A program made the translations under genes and the position numbers. From positions 320,001-384,000 of the forward strand of contig CAVYYZ010000002.1 in the NCBI GenBank assembly GCA_963772835.1: DNA of 64,000 nucleotides, written 5' to 3'. The notes under the pieces are model-generated. The model saw only the letters and a list, made by a program, of their open reading frames with translations. It was not told the origin of the DNA and ran no database searches. Each line of letters opens with the position of its first letter. Positions within the stretch are counted from its first letter, which is position 1. Positions 62,590 to 64,000 of this stretch are shown one piece after another. Source of the DNA: an uncultured delta proteobacterium. GTDB taxonomy: Bacteria; Desulfobacterota; Desulfuromonadia; Geobacterales; Pseudopelobacteraceae.

Positions 62590-62892
62590 ATGAACGATAT
62601 CATCACGGTTGAGATCGACAGCGAAGTACAGTCAATCGTTCCCGAGTTCCTTGAGAACCGGAAAAAAGACTGCCAGCTTATCAGCAATTTGCTGGAGATA
62701 AACTCGTTCATCGAAATCCGTACATTGGGGCATCGGATGAAAGGTGCCGGAGGCAGCTACGGCTTTGACGGTATATCCGAGATTGGCGAGATCATAGAGG
62801 AAGCCGCCCTGACCGAAGACAAGAAGACTATCAGCAATCAGGTTCTGCAGCTGTCACGCTATCTGGAGCGGGTGTCGGTGGTGTATGTGTAG
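62590..62892 (+). CDS. Hpt phosphotransfer protein
   Basis: GHRMKGAGGSYG motif. Confidence 0.88.
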   Translation: MNDIITVEIDSEVQSIVPEFLENRKKDCQLISNLLEINSFIEIRTLGHRMKGAGGSYGFDGISEIGEIIEEAALTEDKKTISNQVLQLSRYLERVSVVYV

Positions 62893-62922
62893 AAAGGCCA
62901 CGGAGCCGAAAAGCGTGCTGTA

Positions 62923-64000
62923 CTATTTTAATCCGTACAGCTGTCGATACGTAGCAGCCGAAGCATATACCTTTTTCACATACTCCCGGGTTTCCTGATA
63001 CGGGATACTTTCAATAAACTCATCCTTCTTTAACCCCTTGAAACTCTTTTTCCATCGTTGCAGCGCCCCTGATCCTGCATTATAAGCTGCCGTCACATAG
63101 ACGGCGTCGCCATTATTATCTTTCATAAGGTCATTAAGATGCTTCGTACCCAGACGAATATTGTATTCGGGCACGGTCAAAAGCAGTGGATTAAATTCTC
63201 CTTTTTCATGAGCGGTCATCCTGGCTGTCGCAGGCATCATCTGCATTAACCCGATCGCTCCGGCGCTCGACTTGACGGCAGGGGAAAAACCGCTTTCTGC
63301 ACGCATCAGAGCGTAAATCAGTCCTTCTGACAATCCATTTAAAACGGCATTCCGGCTTACGAGTTCCGGGTACACCATCGGATAACCGGCCGTCCAGACC
63401 GGCAACGTTCTTTTTTCCCATACTACCGGACGGTTTTGCATAAACAGCGATATCGCCGAACCATAGTCCCGCATTTCGAGATAGATTCTGGCCAGTGCAG
63501 GGAACAATCCTTTACCCGCGTCGTTTTTTTTACGGGCCGCCGTCATTTCTGACCGCGCCTCATCAATCATCCCGAGTGATGCCAACAGGCGCGGTCTTTC
63601 AAACCCCGCCAGAACGGGGAGTTCAGCCAGAGCATCACGATTTCCAAGTGGCTCCCGGCTGTCTTTCACCCCCCTTTGGTCACGATACCAGGTGGCATAG
63701 AAACCGGCCGGGTATTCATTCAGCAGATTGTGATACTGCACAGCGGCCTCAGCAGCAGTATCCCCGTTCATCTCCAGCGTCCTCCCAAGCCAGTAGAGCA
63801 CTTTCTCGCGCTGGGTTTCATCGGCAAGCAGCCTTTTGAATGTATCCGCGGCGACAGTATATTCGCCTGCAAGATACCGGCACCAACCAGCATCCCAGAC
63901 CAATGCGGCAATAGTTCTGGGACCGGTAGAAAGCCTGGCGGCCTGATCAAACAAGCGACCCGCTTCAGCATACTGCCCGAGGCCCCGCTTTAATCTTGCC
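62923..64000 (-). CDS. slt: TPR-containing soluble lytic transglycosylase (5' part outside window)
   Basis: MRAES, AIGLMQ, AYNAG, ETREYV; frame is open to the window edge. Confidence 0.9.
   Translation of the reverse strand, partial: ARLKRGLGQYAEAGRLFDQAARLSTGPRTIAALVWDAGWCRYLAGEYTVAADTFKRLLADETQREKVLYWLGRTLEMNGDTAAEAAVQYHNLLNEYPAGFYATWYRDQRGVKDSREPLGNRDALAELPVLAGFERPRLLASLGMIDEARSEMTAARKKNDAGKGLFPALARIYLEMRDYGSAISLFMQNRPVVWEKRTLPVWTAGYPMVYPELVSRNAVLNGLSEGLIYALMRAESGFSPAVKSSAGAIGLMQMMPATARMTAHEKGEFNPLLLTVPEYNIRLGTKHLNDLMKDNNGDAVYVTAAYNAGSGALQRWKKSFKGLKKDEFIESIPYQETREYVKKVYASAATYRQLYGLK

Overview
Bacterial chromosomal window, most consistent with a Geobacteraceae/Desulfuromonadales-type deltaproteobacterium (inferred from protein families and gene order). 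0-14 kb: lipid A/Kdo cluster (skp, lpxD, fabZ, lpxA, gnnA/gnnB-like pair, frameshifted lpxB, lpxL, PAP2 phosphatase, waaA, lpxK, opposite-strand kdkA + GT9, ycaR, msbA). 14-26 kb: partly AT-rich glycan cassette (GT4/GT2/GT11, two methyltransferases, two gmd-family genes). 26-30.4 kb: Dlt-like four-gene acylation module (Acs-type adenylating enzyme, ACP, MBOAT ending in FLYFQF, membrane-anchored SGNH/DltD-like protein), followed by a YejM/PbgA-like protein and a DAG kinase. 33-64 kb: housekeeping genes (tcdA, rho, rpmE, thyX, rlmI-like, rsmI, ugd, uxs, ftsB, argS, two tRNA-Met, hisI, hisG, prfA, amidase, mutS, hybrid kinase + Hpt, slt). The main points of interest are the acyl-ACP/MBOAT module, a ~1.5 kb integrase-less islet bounded by tRNA-Met and a degenerate copy of it, two single-base frameshifts (lpxB, amidase) and several palindromic intergenic elements. 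All assignments come from motif recognition by eye; no database searches were run.
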